From positions 1 to 64,000 of the IMG/VR virus record IMGVR_UViG_3300009169_000001: a stretch of 64,000 bases of DNA. The stretch is one strand, 5' to 3'. Positions 30,782 to 40,642 of this stretch are shown here, one piece after another. The notes under the pieces are model-generated. The model worked only from the letters and a program-made list of their open reading frames with translations. It did not search any database and was not told where the DNA came from. Both the position numbers and the translations under genes were made by a program. The DNA is from a virus. Position 1 is the stretch's first letter; every line of letters starts with the position of its first letter.

Positions 30782-31948
30782 ATGCTGGAACTAGCACTAC
30801 GCGGGGAGCTTCCCCTGATCACGGTGCGTACTACCGATATCCTGAACTTCCCTGAGGTACTTGGGCACCTGACTGACAAGGTCATCTATTACCTCCCCAA
30901 GGGTGTGCTGCCGGGGATAGCCCACAATTGCGTGTACTGGACCGACACAGAGCTGGATATCACGTCCAAAGTGATCGGCCTGTTCGCCGACACTGGGTCC
31001 AGCCTGATCGTGGCCAATCAAGGGCCCAACCTGATGGCCTACGATGCCGGGGTGGCCCCGGTGCCTGAGGCCCTGCTAAGGCAGTACCTGTCCTATGCAG
31101 ATGCGGACACGGATGAATACGTGCGGCTGTCGGCTGGCCTGACCATCAAGGAGACGGTGGAGGTAATCAAGCTGGCGCAGGCCTACCATGGTGCCTTGAC
31201 GCCCAGAGCGTTCCGGGAGTTCCGAACCTTGGTGGCCGGGACCCAGCAGGGCATCCAGCCTGTAAGCACGGAGTACGACTTCTACGAGCCTCGCCCGATC
31301 CTGACCAAGTGGATGAAGGAGAACAAGAGCTACTTCCTGAAGCCGGTGGACCCCCGCCTGACACCCAGAGGGATATTGTTCGATGGACCCCCCGGTGTCG
31401 GTAAGACCATGGCGGCCAAGCACATCGCCCGTGAGTGGGGCGTACCCCTGTACCGTCTGGACATGGGTGCCTCGCTGGGCAAATACGTCGGGGAGTCCGA
31501 GGCGAACCTGAGCCGGATTCTCACCACCGTGGACCGGGAGGAGCCTTGCATCTTGCTGATCGATGAGGTGGAGAAGCTATTTGGCGAGTCTGAGGATTCC
31601 GGTGTCACGTCCCGGCTACTGGGACAACTGCTGTGGTGGTTGCAAGAACATACCAGCACGGTGCTCACGGTGATGACCACCAATGACAAGAGCGCCCTGC
31701 CGCCGGAGCTGATCCGTACGGGGCGCATCGACATGGAGATCACCATGTGGGGCCTCGACTTCGCCAGCGCCCTGACGTTCGCTGTGTGCGTGCTGGCGCA
31801 GTTCGTACCCAGCCCCACGACACCGCAGATCGAGCTGGTGCACGCCAGAATCGCAGCGATAAACCCCGGTCGGTCACAGCCCATACCGCAAGCAGTGCTG
31901 GTAGGGGCGGTGTACGACCTCATCAAAGCCCAGAAGTGGGTAACTTAA
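30782..31948 (+). CDS. AAA+ ATPase
   Basis: Walker A GPPGVGKT, Walker B LLIDE, SRH TTN...LPPELIRTGRID. Confidence 0.9.
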   Translation: MLELALRGELPLITVRTTDILNFPEVLGHLTDKVIYYLPKGVLPGIAHNCVYWTDTELDITSKVIGLFADTGSSLIVANQGPNLMAYDAGVAPVPEALLRQYLSYADADTDEYVRLSAGLTIKETVEVIKLAQAYHGALTPRAFREFRTLVAGTQQGIQPVSTEYDFYEPRPILTKWMKENKSYFLKPVDPRLTPRGILFDGPPGVGKTMAAKHIAREWGVPLYRLDMGASLGKYVGESEANLSRILTTVDREEPCILLIDEVEKLFGESEDSGVTSRLLGQLLWWLQEHTSTVLTVMTTNDKSALPPELIRTGRIDMEITMWGLDFASALTFAVCVLAQFVPSPTTPQIELVHARIAAINPGRSQPIPQAVLVGAVYDLIKAQKWVT

Positions 31949-31960
31949 AGGAGTAGTACC

Positions 31961-32536
31961 ATGTCAAAGTTAAAGATCACCCACGGCCTGTCTTCCTCCG
32001 GGAGCTACGTCCGCATCGCCTACACCAAGACCCACGACCTTGTGGTCCGTCCGCTCATCACGACTCGGGCGGGGATCACTCGGGGCGGCAAGCCGGTGGA
32101 AGGCAAGCAGGGCGTGAACATTTGGCTACGGATCCACCTGCAGCCGAAGAACCGTGATGAGATCAAGGATATCGGTAACGACCAAGCGCTAGAGCAGTCC
32201 GTACCCAGTGCGCGGGTTGCCAAAGGGTGGGGCGTCCCGTTAAGTCAGAAGTCCTACGCAGGCTACTGGCGCAACGACGCGTTCTTGCAGGTCGCTTATG
32301 TCGGCGAGTGCAGCTTAGGCTACCTGCGTGAGAAGACGCTCGCAGGGCTGGAGATTCTTATCGAGAGCCTCATCGAGCGAGTGACTGCAGCGGTGTGGGT
32401 TGAAGACGTCGAGGACGTGGTTAAGGAGCTGCTAACCAGAATTGAACCAGAGCTTGACCAGTATGTGGCCAAGAAGGACGTCAAGAATGTCCCTGCATTG
32501 CAGTCCACCATCACATTATCACTGGACTCCGAGTAG
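31961..32536 (+). CDS. Hypothetical protein
   Basis: RBS AAGGAG, 191 aa. Confidence 0.65.
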   Translation: MSKLKITHGLSSSGSYVRIAYTKTHDLVVRPLITTRAGITRGGKPVEGKQGVNIWLRIHLQPKNRDEIKDIGNDQALEQSVPSARVAKGWGVPLSQKSYAGYWRNDAFLQVAYVGECSLGYLREKTLAGLEILIESLIERVTAAVWVEDVEDVVKELLTRIEPELDQYVAKKDVKNVPALQSTITLSLDSE

Positions 32537-32563
32537 CCCTCGGAGTTACATTCCATCCCCAGC

Positions 32564-33121
32564 ATGAAGGAGCAGAGCATGACCGCAATGAACTTAGACT
32601 TTATCGTCGAGACCATGTCCGGGTCGAGTGAAGACTCGATTTACGCCGTGGTCGCTAAAACCCAGAACTACGTGCTGGGCATTCGCCCGCTCGTGTTTGG
32701 TATCGGACAGGAGGACAGCTCCGGCACCTTACAGCCGGTAATCCACTTGGGGGCCCGGCTGCGGGCTCAGCCCCTCGATCCGAAGAAGGCCCTTACGGTC
32801 GAGCAGGCGGAAGCCGAGTTCGCATTGCTGGGCTTTTATCAGAAGTCCAAGAAGCACGTCTCTCAAGTGATCGGCGTGCCCCTTGGCTCCTCGTACTCTC
32901 TCGCTGCAGCTTCTATCCGAGACCGGTGGATTGAGGTAAATCCAGCCCTGCGGATGGCTGAGGCGATCTACGAGCAGCTGGGCAAGAAGAACATTGAACC
33001 CGTCCTCACGAAGACCCGGCTCGCGTCGTGGCTCGATCTTGAGTACGACAAAGCCTTTGCTGTGATCGCACCCATCGAGGTGGATCACACCGTCGTGTTC
33101 GGACTGAACATGAACATCTAG
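32564..33121 (+). CDS. Hypothetical protein
   Basis: 185-aa ORF; true start probably 32579 after AAGGAG. Confidence 0.6.
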   Translation: MKEQSMTAMNLDFIVETMSGSSEDSIYAVVAKTQNYVLGIRPLVFGIGQEDSSGTLQPVIHLGARLRAQPLDPKKALTVEQAEAEFALLGFYQKSKKHVSQVIGVPLGSSYSLAAASIRDRWIEVNPALRMAEAIYEQLGKKNIEPVLTKTRLASWLDLEYDKAFAVIAPIEVDHTVVFGLNMNI

Positions 33122-33129
33122 GAGTATCC

Positions 33130-34125
33130 ATGGATAAAACGATAAGAGCGGTGCGAGCCGCTGAAGCACAGGTATTGGGGCGATCAGCTGCGCAAGTGCT
33201 GCACCAGATCAGGGTGTTCAACCGGAAAAGTTTCAAGGCAAAGCAGATCGATGGGGACCGCTGGTCCCTTTATCCTTTGAGGATGTTGGAGGCATCTCTA
33301 CCCTTTATGGGGCAGATGACCCTACGCCGGGCAATCACCAAATTGGAGCGGGAGGGCATTCTCAAGTCCCGGTCTGACCTGTCACGGGGTAGGAAGAACA
33401 GGACCAAGTGGTACACCATTGACGCGGAAAAGCTGAGGCTCTGTTGTGATCAAAATGATCAGAACACTACCCCCAAAGTGATCAGAACAAAGGGGGGGTG
33501 TTCTGATCAAAATGATCAGAACTATATAGATAAGTATCTAAAACATGATATTAAAATTGATACTGTAGGCTACGCCGAGAAAAGCGGGACCGACAACACA
33601 GGGGCTTCAGGGGAGAAGGAAAATATGGGAAAGAAGGAAATTGAGGAAATTGCTGCGAAGGTTTTAGAGAGGCATTCCGCAAAACCGCTCGTGGTAAAAC
33701 CCCGTGCGCTACACGCGCTCTGGCTGCACCAGTGTGCCCTGAACTACCCAGACATGCAGACCATGAAGCCGACCCTTGCCAAGGAGCTGGGCCAGTGGAG
33801 CAAAATGATCCAACAGCACCTTGGGGCCCGTAAGGATGTGAAGGCCTTTATCACGAAGGTGGTGGGGCATTGGCCTTACGTGTCGACCGATGTGGGGGCC
33901 AAGTCGGGCCTGAGTACCACACCCACCCGACCGCACATCGGGTTCCTGTACGCCCATTTGACAGACTTTATTGTGTGGTTTGACAATAGCGTCGGAGGCG
34001 CAACAAGTGTACAATCTGTGTCTACTGCAGTGCAATTAAGTTCACCGCAGTCTAAAGGCGTCTCAGTCATGGATGTACTGGCGGAGCTGGAGAAGGCAAA
34101 TGTTAGCGATGGGAACGAAAAGTAA
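33130..34125 (+). CDS. Replication initiator-like protein (lambda O / DnaD-like wHTH)
   Basis: wHTH (TLRRAITKLEREGIL...RTKWYTID); internal iterons; upstream of loader and helicase. Confidence 0.65.
   Translation: MDKTIRAVRAAEAQVLGRSAAQVLHQIRVFNRKSFKAKQIDGDRWSLYPLRMLEASLPFMGQMTLRRAITKLEREGILKSRSDLSRGRKNRTKWYTIDAEKLRLCCDQNDQNTTPKVIRTKGGCSDQNDQNYIDKYLKHDIKIDTVGYAEKSGTDNTGASGEKENMGKKEIEEIAAKVLERHSAKPLVVKPRALHALWLHQCALNYPDMQTMKPTLAKELGQWSKMIQQHLGARKDVKAFITKVVGHWPYVSTDVGAKSGLSTTPTRPHIGFLYAHLTDFIVWFDNSVGGATSVQSVSTAVQLSSPQSKGVSVMDVLAELEKANVSDGNEK
33447..33562. repeat. Iteron cluster plus AT-rich tract: putative replication origin
   Basis: TGATCAAAATGATCAGAAC at 33447 and 33504, TGATCAGAAC at 33479, inverted copy at 33500; AT-rich 33523-33562. 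Confidence 0.65.
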
Positions 34126-34657
34126 CATGGTGTTGAAAGAGGGGGTCCATGACCGCCTGCTGCAGGATATCGACTACATATCCACGCAGACCCGTGTGCC
34201 TGTGACCATGATCAAACACTCAGCGGCGGACTACATCAGCGAGAATCAGTCCGCCTACATCCGTGGCTTCCGTAAGCTGCGCGTGGTCGAAAAGGGCGGC
34301 AACGCCTACATGACCGGCAAGCAGCAACATCCCCCCGAGCAGGCGATGATGGCGATGGCTGCCGTGCTGATTCGGAACTTCATTGATGCGCGGGTATACC
34401 CGTTGCAGACGGTGCTGGATGAGAAGGTGGACACGCTGTCGCCGACGGTGCTGTTCGTGCCCAATTTCCAGAACAGTTTTATCGGGAAGCCCTTGGCCTC
34501 CCACCAAATTCAAAGGCTGTACAGCATCCTGATGGACCGGCTCGTTCACGAGAAGGTGACCGTTTTGTATGTGGAGAGCGTCGAGCAGATGGTGCTACAG
34601 TACGGCACGGCAGTAGGTGAGTTCATCCAAAACAATTATCTTTACCTACCAGATTAA
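34100..34657 (+). CDS. Degenerate DnaC-like helicase loader
   Basis: Lies between initiator and DnaB; C-terminus resembles DnaC/IstB (LYSILMDR...T.L...QYG), no intact Walker A. Confidence 0.45.
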   Translation: MLAMGTKSNMVLKEGVHDRLLQDIDYISTQTRVPVTMIKHSAADYISENQSAYIRGFRKLRVVEKGGNAYMTGKQQHPPEQAMMAMAAVLIRNFIDARVYPLQTVLDEKVDTLSPTVLFVPNFQNSFIGKPLASHQIQRLYSILMDRLVHEKVTVLYVESVEQMVLQYGTAVGEFIQNNYLYLPD

Positions 34658-34671
34658 GTACAAGGATCAGT

Positions 34672-35934
34672 ATGTCGATAGGGGAATCGGTTCTCCACGC
34701 CCTGTGCGTGGAGGGAGACACATCTGCATTTTTTAAGTACCGTCTGACGGATAGCCTGTTCCTCGGGGACGAGAAGCAGGCCTTTGCCTTTGTGCTCCAC
34801 CACGTGAATAACCATGCGGTCCTGCCTCATGTGTCCACGCTGATGGAGCTTTACCCCAACCTGAAGCCAGCGGTTGAGCCCGCGACGTACTACCTGCACC
34901 AGTTGGATGAACGGTTCAAGCACCGCCTGCTGAACAAGACCCTGCAGGACTGCTCACACCTGATGAAGGACCAGAAGGTGGACAGCGCCCTGAAGATGAT
35001 GGGTGAGGTACTGAATCAGGTGGCCCTCTTCGACGTGCGCATGGACATGGCCGAGTTTGGCCAAGACGCCTACGACATCGTGATGGGGGAGATCAACTCG
35101 GGTACCAGCGGTGACGGCATCCTGTTTGGCTGGCCCTACCTCGACGCCATGGTCAACGGCCTGCGGGGTGGGGACGTAGTGAGCTACGTGGGGCGGCCAG
35201 CGGTGGGCAAGACATGGAAGCTGATCTACAGCGCCATGCACGCATGGGAGGCCCAAGAGAAGAACGTGATGGTCCTGTCGATGGAGATGAACATCCTGTC
35301 GATCGCCCAGCGGATGGCGTCCCTGTACTCAAAGGTGCCCATCAACGACGTCAAGTCCGGCTTCCTCGACGAGAATCCATGGCATGATGAGAAAGCCCAC
35401 CTCGGAAGCACCCTCAAGGCGTTGCATGGTACGCAACACAAGCTACACATGATCGATGGCAACCTGACCAGTACCCCCCGGCAGATCTTCGCACTGGCCA
35501 AGCAGCTGAAGGTGGACGTGGTGTTCATCGACGGGGCCTACCTGCTGAAGAACGACAACCCCAAGCTGGACCGGTTCACCCGCGTGGCCGAGAACATCGA
35601 AGAGATCAAGCGCCTGACCAGCCAGCTGGGGATCCCCACGGTCTGCAGCTACCAGTTCAACCGGCAGGCCTCGAAGAAGAAATCGAATGACGCCGTGACC
35701 CTAGACGACATCGGGTACTCGGATGCTATCGGCCAGATCAGCAGCGTGGTGCTGGGCCTGTTCGAGGAGGACAGCGTGGAGACCCTCAACGCCCGGAACG
35801 TCCGGGTACTGAAGGGCCGGGACGGGGCGGTAGGCCAGTTCCAAGTGAAGTGGGACTTCCAGAACATGGACTTCTCCGAGGTGCCCAAAGTGTCCCTGTT
35901 GCAAGAGGAGCAGATGGAGCTGGAACATATTTGA
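34672..35934 (+). CDS. dnaB: DnaB-like replicative helicase
   Basis: GRPAVGKT, LSMEM, VFIDG.YL, QFNR, D.IG.SD.I.Q, KGRDG motifs. Confidence 0.9.
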   Translation: MSIGESVLHALCVEGDTSAFFKYRLTDSLFLGDEKQAFAFVLHHVNNHAVLPHVSTLMELYPNLKPAVEPATYYLHQLDERFKHRLLNKTLQDCSHLMKDQKVDSALKMMGEVLNQVALFDVRMDMAEFGQDAYDIVMGEINSGTSGDGILFGWPYLDAMVNGLRGGDVVSYVGRPAVGKTWKLIYSAMHAWEAQEKNVMVLSMEMNILSIAQRMASLYSKVPINDVKSGFLDENPWHDEKAHLGSTLKALHGTQHKLHMIDGNLTSTPRQIFALAKQLKVDVVFIDGAYLLKNDNPKLDRFTRVAENIEEIKRLTSQLGIPTVCSYQFNRQASKKKSNDAVTLDDIGYSDAIGQISSVVLGLFEEDSVETLNARNVRVLKGRDGAVGQFQVKWDFQNMDFSEVPKVSLLQEEQMELEHI

Positions 35935-35959
35935 CAATGTTATAGATTGGGGGTATAGT
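35931..35959 (+). promoter_or_regulatory. sigma70-type promoter
   Basis: TTGACA-17-TATAGT. Confidence 0.75.
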
Positions 35960-35996
35960 CCAATCAGAAGTACCAAAAACCAAAGGAGTGAAGCGC

Positions 35997-36443
35997 ATGA
36001 CCATCAAATTCGTAACCAAACCCAAGCTGGCCCAACCCGTGACAAAGGGCAAGGCCAAAACAGCGGAGAGCGATGTCCGCACCAAACTGGTAGACACGCT
36101 GGTTTCGGATGCCGATGCCTATGCCGCTGCGAAGAAGCTCGTGGACGGCTATGACAAGCTCAAGGGCAAGCTCAAAGCCCTGATCCCTGACAACCTGAGC
36201 CCGGACCAAGAGATCACTTTCGTCGGCACCAACGGTGACGTGGTGTTCTCCGCACAGGGCAATGTGCGGGAGGTGTCTGATCAAGATGCTCTGATTGAGG
36301 CACTGGGCCCGGAGGTCTTTGCCCAGATCGCCAAAGTCCCATTGGGCATGATCGACCAGTACGTGACTCCGATGGAGCAGGAGGCGTTCATCACCACCAC
36401 CCGCACTGGCCCTCGCAAGTTCTCTATCCGGGACAAGGAGTAG
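35997..36443 (+). CDS. Hypothetical protein
   Basis: RBS AAGGAG before ATG 35997. Confidence 0.65.
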   Translation: MTIKFVTKPKLAQPVTKGKAKTAESDVRTKLVDTLVSDADAYAAAKKLVDGYDKLKGKLKALIPDNLSPDQEITFVGTNGDVVFSAQGNVREVSDQDALIEALGPEVFAQIAKVPLGMIDQYVTPMEQEAFITTTRTGPRKFSIRDKE

Positions 36444-36446
36444 ACC

Positions 36447-36806
36447 ATGCCACAGTTAAAGAGCCAAGGGTTTCAACCTGTTGCATTCTGGGTGAATCGC
36501 TGGGGCGTAAGCCCTGCGGCCCTGTACAGTACCGCCCGCCGTACGAAAGCCCCCACACGGTACAGTGGGACAACGGCTGAGTACCGGTTCACTGCCAAGC
36601 TGGATGCCAAGTACCTCAACCGCAAGGACCGCCTTGACGCTTTCCGTGCCGCCCGGCTGGAGAAGAAAGCGGAGGCCATAGTCGAGACGAAGTTCAGCAC
36701 GGAGGCGGATGCGGCCATGAGTAGCATTGCTGATTTGATCAGCGCCAACCACCGACTCCAAGATAAGCTGGAGCGGATTCAAGCCATCATTAACGAGAAG
36801 GGGTAG
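36447..36806 (+). CDS. Hypothetical protein with C-terminal coiled coil
   Basis: RBS AAGGAG, 119 aa. Confidence 0.6.
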   Translation: MPQLKSQGFQPVAFWVNRWGVSPAALYSTARRTKAPTRYSGTTAEYRFTAKLDAKYLNRKDRLDAFRAARLEKKAEAIVETKFSTEADAAMSSIADLISANHRLQDKLERIQAIINEKG

Positions 36807-36808
36807 CT

Positions 36809-37108
36809 ATGGACGCAGCACTGGTAAGGGCCGCCATCAAGGACAAGGTCAACTTGAAGTTTGGTGGCGATGATAAGCGCACCATGCGGGACGTCGCCAT
36901 CGATCTGATCAACGCATCGGGCCTATCGTGGAAGGAGATCGCCGAGGGGTGCTACCTTGCGGGAACCACCATAAAAAATCTGGCGATGGAGAAGACCCTC
37001 TTCCCGCGCTACGATACCGTGGAGCGGGTGTTCAAGTTCTTCAACTACGAAGCTAACCTGAAGTACGTGAGTACCATTACCCCCCAAAACGGTAACAAGA
37101 AAAAATGA
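36809..37108 (+). CDS. XRE/Cro-like HTH protein
   Basis: SGLSWKEIAEGCYLAGTTIKNL...PRYDTVERV. Confidence 0.7.
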   Translation: MDAALVRAAIKDKVNLKFGGDDKRTMRDVAIDLINASGLSWKEIAEGCYLAGTTIKNLAMEKTLFPRYDTVERVFKFFNYEANLKYVSTITPQNGNKKK

Positions 37109-37431
37109 ACGAAGGGCAGAAACTAAAAGAACAAGGCATGAACTTGGTTTTTGATGCGTCGCCCACCGGCTGGAAGCTGGAGGTCAGTGTCGCCTTATTT
37201 AGTTTCGACGATGGAGTGGAGTTGATTGGGGAGGACATTCGTAAGCGCGTGGCCTCGCAACCAAAGCACCCTAATGCGTGGGGGGCTATAATTAACCGGT
37301 ACGTACGAAAGGGGATACTTGTCCCTACCGGTAATTACATTCAGTCAAAGTCGCCAGCCAACCATGCCCGGAGAGTACAAGTTTATCGGCTATGTAAGGC
37401 TGCTGCTTGGGGCGGGAACGGGTATGAATGA
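37105..37431 (+). CDS. Hypothetical protein
   Basis: G..LK..GM...HPNAWGA pattern; ATGA overlap. Confidence 0.6.
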   Translation: MNEGQKLKEQGMNLVFDASPTGWKLEVSVALFSFDDGVELIGEDIRKRVASQPKHPNAWGAIINRYVRKGILVPTGNYIQSKSPANHARRVQVYRLCKAAAWGGNGYE

Positions 37432-38392
37432 GGAGCTGGCACGCCGTCTCTTCAAGGCCTTGGACATCAAGGACCCGGAGATGCGACAGGACAAATGGCT
37501 CAACGGCTGCTGCCCGCTGGCACCGGTGACCCACGCCAAGGGGTACGACACCAATCCCAGCTTCGGCGTGTCTGTCCATGAGCACCACCCGGAGGCCAGT
37601 CATTTCTTTTGCTGGTCCTGTGGTGAGCGGGGGGCGGTCTCCAAGCTGTTGTTCGACATGACCGACATCGCGGAGGAGAACCCCCGGATCAAGTTGGGGT
37701 TGGCCTACGAGGTGCTGCAGGCTGAGGCGGATGGTCTGGAGGGGTACTTCCCCACCGACTGGGCCGAGACCAAAGCGGACAAGGGCTTCGATGAGTTCCC
37801 GGAGTGGTGGTTGGAGTCATTCCCACCATGGTCGACCTCACAAGCCTGTCAAGATTACTTGGCACTGCGTCGGGTGCGCCCGGAGGCTGCGGACTACTTC
37901 GAGCTGCGGTACGACGCGAAGATGCACGCCGTGGGCTTTCCGTACTGGAACAAGAAGGGCCAGCTCGCAGGCATGCGGGGGCGCTACCTCAACCCCAAGG
38001 GCAAGAACAAGTACCATGACTACTCGTTCAACGACTTCAACAACTCGGCGAAGGTTTGGTTCAACGAGAGCCGGATTGACTGGTTGCGCCCGCTGGTGGT
38101 GTGCGAGGGTTCGTTCGATGTGCTGGCGGTGCATGAGCACTATACCAATGTGGCCAGCCCATGGACGTGCACACCCAAGTTGGAGATGCTCAACCTCCTG
38201 AAGAAGTGCGTGTCGGTAGTGGTGGCGTTCGACAGTGACGTGGCGGGGCAGCGCGGCTACCAGAAGATCATGGAGGTGATTGGCAACGAGATCGCCGTGA
38301 CGCAGCTGGCGCTACCCGACGGCTTCGATTGTGCAGAGATGGATCCAGATTCTTTACGGGATGCCTTGGCTTTTGCCGGAGTCCCGCTATAA
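37424..38392 (+). CDS. DNA primase (Zn finger + TOPRIM)
   Basis: CPL..H...CWSCG; VCEG.FD; FDSDVAG. Confidence 0.88.
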   Translation: MNEELARRLFKALDIKDPEMRQDKWLNGCCPLAPVTHAKGYDTNPSFGVSVHEHHPEASHFFCWSCGERGAVSKLLFDMTDIAEENPRIKLGLAYEVLQAEADGLEGYFPTDWAETKADKGFDEFPEWWLESFPPWSTSQACQDYLALRRVRPEAADYFELRYDAKMHAVGFPYWNKKGQLAGMRGRYLNPKGKNKYHDYSFNDFNNSAKVWFNESRIDWLRPLVVCEGSFDVLAVHEHYTNVASPWTCTPKLEMLNLLKKCVSVVVAFDSDVAGQRGYQKIMEVIGNEIAVTQLALPDGFDCAEMDPDSLRDALAFAGVPL

Positions 38393-38458
38393 TGTTTCCC
38401 GCCTAAACGGGCAATCGCACCTACCGATCGTAGGTTTAGAAGCTAGAGAGGTGACATT

Positions 38459-39187
38459 ATGTCATGGGCAACACAGGGGGCAGAAGCCGCCGCAGAGTTC
38501 GAGAAAGAGCACACCCAGAAAGAAACCCAGCGAGAGCAGAGCTATCGCATGTGGCGGTTCTGGCTCAAACCCGGAGAAGAGGCACGCATCACGTTCATTG
38601 ATGGTGACTTGGTCGATGGGAAACTTAACTGCTTCAGCTATCCCCAGCACACCGTGTACATGAACGGGAACTGGAACAACCACTTCGTCTGTGTCGCCAA
38701 GCAGGAACCCTGCCCGGTATGCGAGAGTGGTAACAACGCATCGCGAGTTGCGGTGTTCACCATCATCGACCATCGCGTCACCACGTCGAAGGACGGTAAG
38801 AAAACCTATAGCGACCAGCCCCGGCTATTCGTGGCGAAGTACAACACGTTCCAGCTGCTCCAGAACATGGCAGCGAAGCGTGGCGGCCTCGCAGGTATCA
38901 CCGTTGATGCTTTCCGAGCTGATGACCACGCCGCCAACGTAGGCTCCGCGTTCGACTTCATTGAGAAGAACGATGTGCAGGCGCTGCGGAACATGTTCTT
39001 CAAGGTCGATGAAAAAACGGGTAAGAAGGAGACCTACTTCGTACCTGCCAATTACGTGGAAGAGGCGGGTCGCAAGACCGCTGCCGAGCTGCGTGAGCTG
39101 GGCTTCGGGGGTGCACCTCCGTTAGGCAGCGCAGCGGGTAATCAAGCCATGGCCGCTAAGGCCGGAGGCTTTGAAGACCAGCTGTAA
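38459..39187 (+). CDS. Single-stranded DNA-binding protein (gp32-like)
   Basis: H...C.....CPVC Zn site, acidic/aromatic tail FEDQL; lies between primase and helicase. Confidence 0.65.
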   Translation: MSWATQGAEAAAEFEKEHTQKETQREQSYRMWRFWLKPGEEARITFIDGDLVDGKLNCFSYPQHTVYMNGNWNNHFVCVAKQEPCPVCESGNNASRVAVFTIIDHRVTTSKDGKKTYSDQPRLFVAKYNTFQLLQNMAAKRGGLAGITVDAFRADDHAANVGSAFDFIEKNDVQALRNMFFKVDEKTGKKETYFVPANYVEEAGRKTAAELRELGFGGAPPLGSAAGNQAMAAKAGGFEDQL

Positions 39188-39288
39188 CCGTACCGCCGGG
39201 GGCGGGTGATTGATGGGCTGAGGGAGAAAGGTTCAGCTCTGGTTACCCTCGGTGCCCGCTCCCGGCACTTTACTACTAAGGAGAGGCT

Positions 39289-40593
39289 ATGGCGCTTCCA
39301 AGAATTTCACAGCAGCCCGTGCAGACCGATGCACTGGCGTGGTTCCCTCGAACTATGGGCCTACAGAAGCAGCTCACGGTCCAGTTCAAATTCGATGACA
39401 AGCCGCTGCACTTGTACGCAGAGAAAGGGGCTCACATCGGTGTACCCCGTGGACTGTGCGAGCTGGTAGGCATTGATCACCGCGTACAGGGAACCCCTAG
39501 TGTAATTAATTGCACTGTGCCCCCCAAGAACGATGAGCAGGTCTCGGTGCTGGCGAAAGCGGCAGCCCGACTGAAGGCCGGGAGATCGTTTGTGCTACAG
39601 GCGACCACCGGGTTCGGTAAGACTTACTGTGCGGCCAACCTGCTGTCGGTGGTGAACACCACCACCCTGATCGTGGTGACCAAGGAAGACATGATGCTCC
39701 AGTGGCGCAAGGAGCTGCTGAAGTTCACCGATCTGACCGAGGATGAAATCGGCACGGCTCAGCAAGACCAGTGCGACTACAAGGGCAAGAAGGTGGTGCT
39801 GGGCATGATCCATTCGCTGGCCAAGAACAAGTACGGCACGGCGTTCAACAACTACTTCGGCTTCGTGATCTACGATGAGGTCCACCGTCTTGGAGCCGAG
39901 ACATTCTCCAAGACCGCCGGGATGTTCCCCGCCAAGCTACGCCTTGGGCTCTCTGCGACCGTTGACCGGGTGGATGGTAAGCAGGACATCTTCACGGCGC
40001 ATATTGGCCCTGTGGGCGTACAGACGGCTGTGGTGCAGCTGCCGCCCAAGATCCTGATGAGGGAGACCGGGTACAAACCCTCGCGCAAGATCAAGATCGA
40101 GCCTGCCCGCATGATGGCCTTGTACAAAGACATGGGCCAGAACTACGCCCGCAATGCCATTATCGTGGAGTTCCTGCTGGCCAGCTACAAGAAGGGGCGC
40201 AACACCATCGTGTTCAGTGATCTGATCGGTGACCATCTGGACATCCTGCACCCCATGGCCCGGCACGCAGGGATACCGGCACACGATATGGCGTACTACA
40301 TCGGCGGCATGTCGGAGAAGGCCCGAGCCGATGCCAAGACCAAGCGCGTGCTGTTCGCCACCTACGCCATGACGGCGGAGGCCACGGACATCCCCCGGCT
40401 GGACACGGCGGTGTTTGCAACACCTCGGGCTAACATCACGCAGCCATTGGGGCGGATTCTTCGGGAGTTCCCCGGTAAGCCTCAGCCGGTGGTGCTGGAT
40501 CTGGTCGATGGATTCTCGCCGATGCTCATGGGTTTCATGTCGAAAAGGCGTACGCAGTATTTTTCTTTGAAAGCAACGCTGCTAAGCATTTAA
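39289..40593 (+). CDS. Superfamily 2 helicase (UvsW-like)
   Basis: ATTGFGKT, DEVH, GLSAT, Q.LGRILR. Confidence 0.88.
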   Translation: MALPRISQQPVQTDALAWFPRTMGLQKQLTVQFKFDDKPLHLYAEKGAHIGVPRGLCELVGIDHRVQGTPSVINCTVPPKNDEQVSVLAKAAARLKAGRSFVLQATTGFGKTYCAANLLSVVNTTTLIVVTKEDMMLQWRKELLKFTDLTEDEIGTAQQDQCDYKGKKVVLGMIHSLAKNKYGTAFNNYFGFVIYDEVHRLGAETFSKTAGMFPAKLRLGLSATVDRVDGKQDIFTAHIGPVGVQTAVVQLPPKILMRETGYKPSRKIKIEPARMMALYKDMGQNYARNAIIVEFLLASYKKGRNTIVFSDLIGDHLDILHPMARHAGIPAHDMAYYIGGMSEKARADAKTKRVLFATYAMTAEATDIPRLDTAVFATPRANITQPLGRILREFPGKPQPVVLDLVDGFSPMLMGFMSKRRTQYFSLKATLLSI

Positions 40594-40642
40594 CAAACGT
40601 TAAGATGTAGGGTAGACTACCCCACCGACAAGGAGGGGCCCC

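Noticed and set aside
39206-39469. 87-aa ORF across the SSB-helicase gap
   Set aside because: Overlaps the helicase gene out of frame and starts within a strong RNA stem
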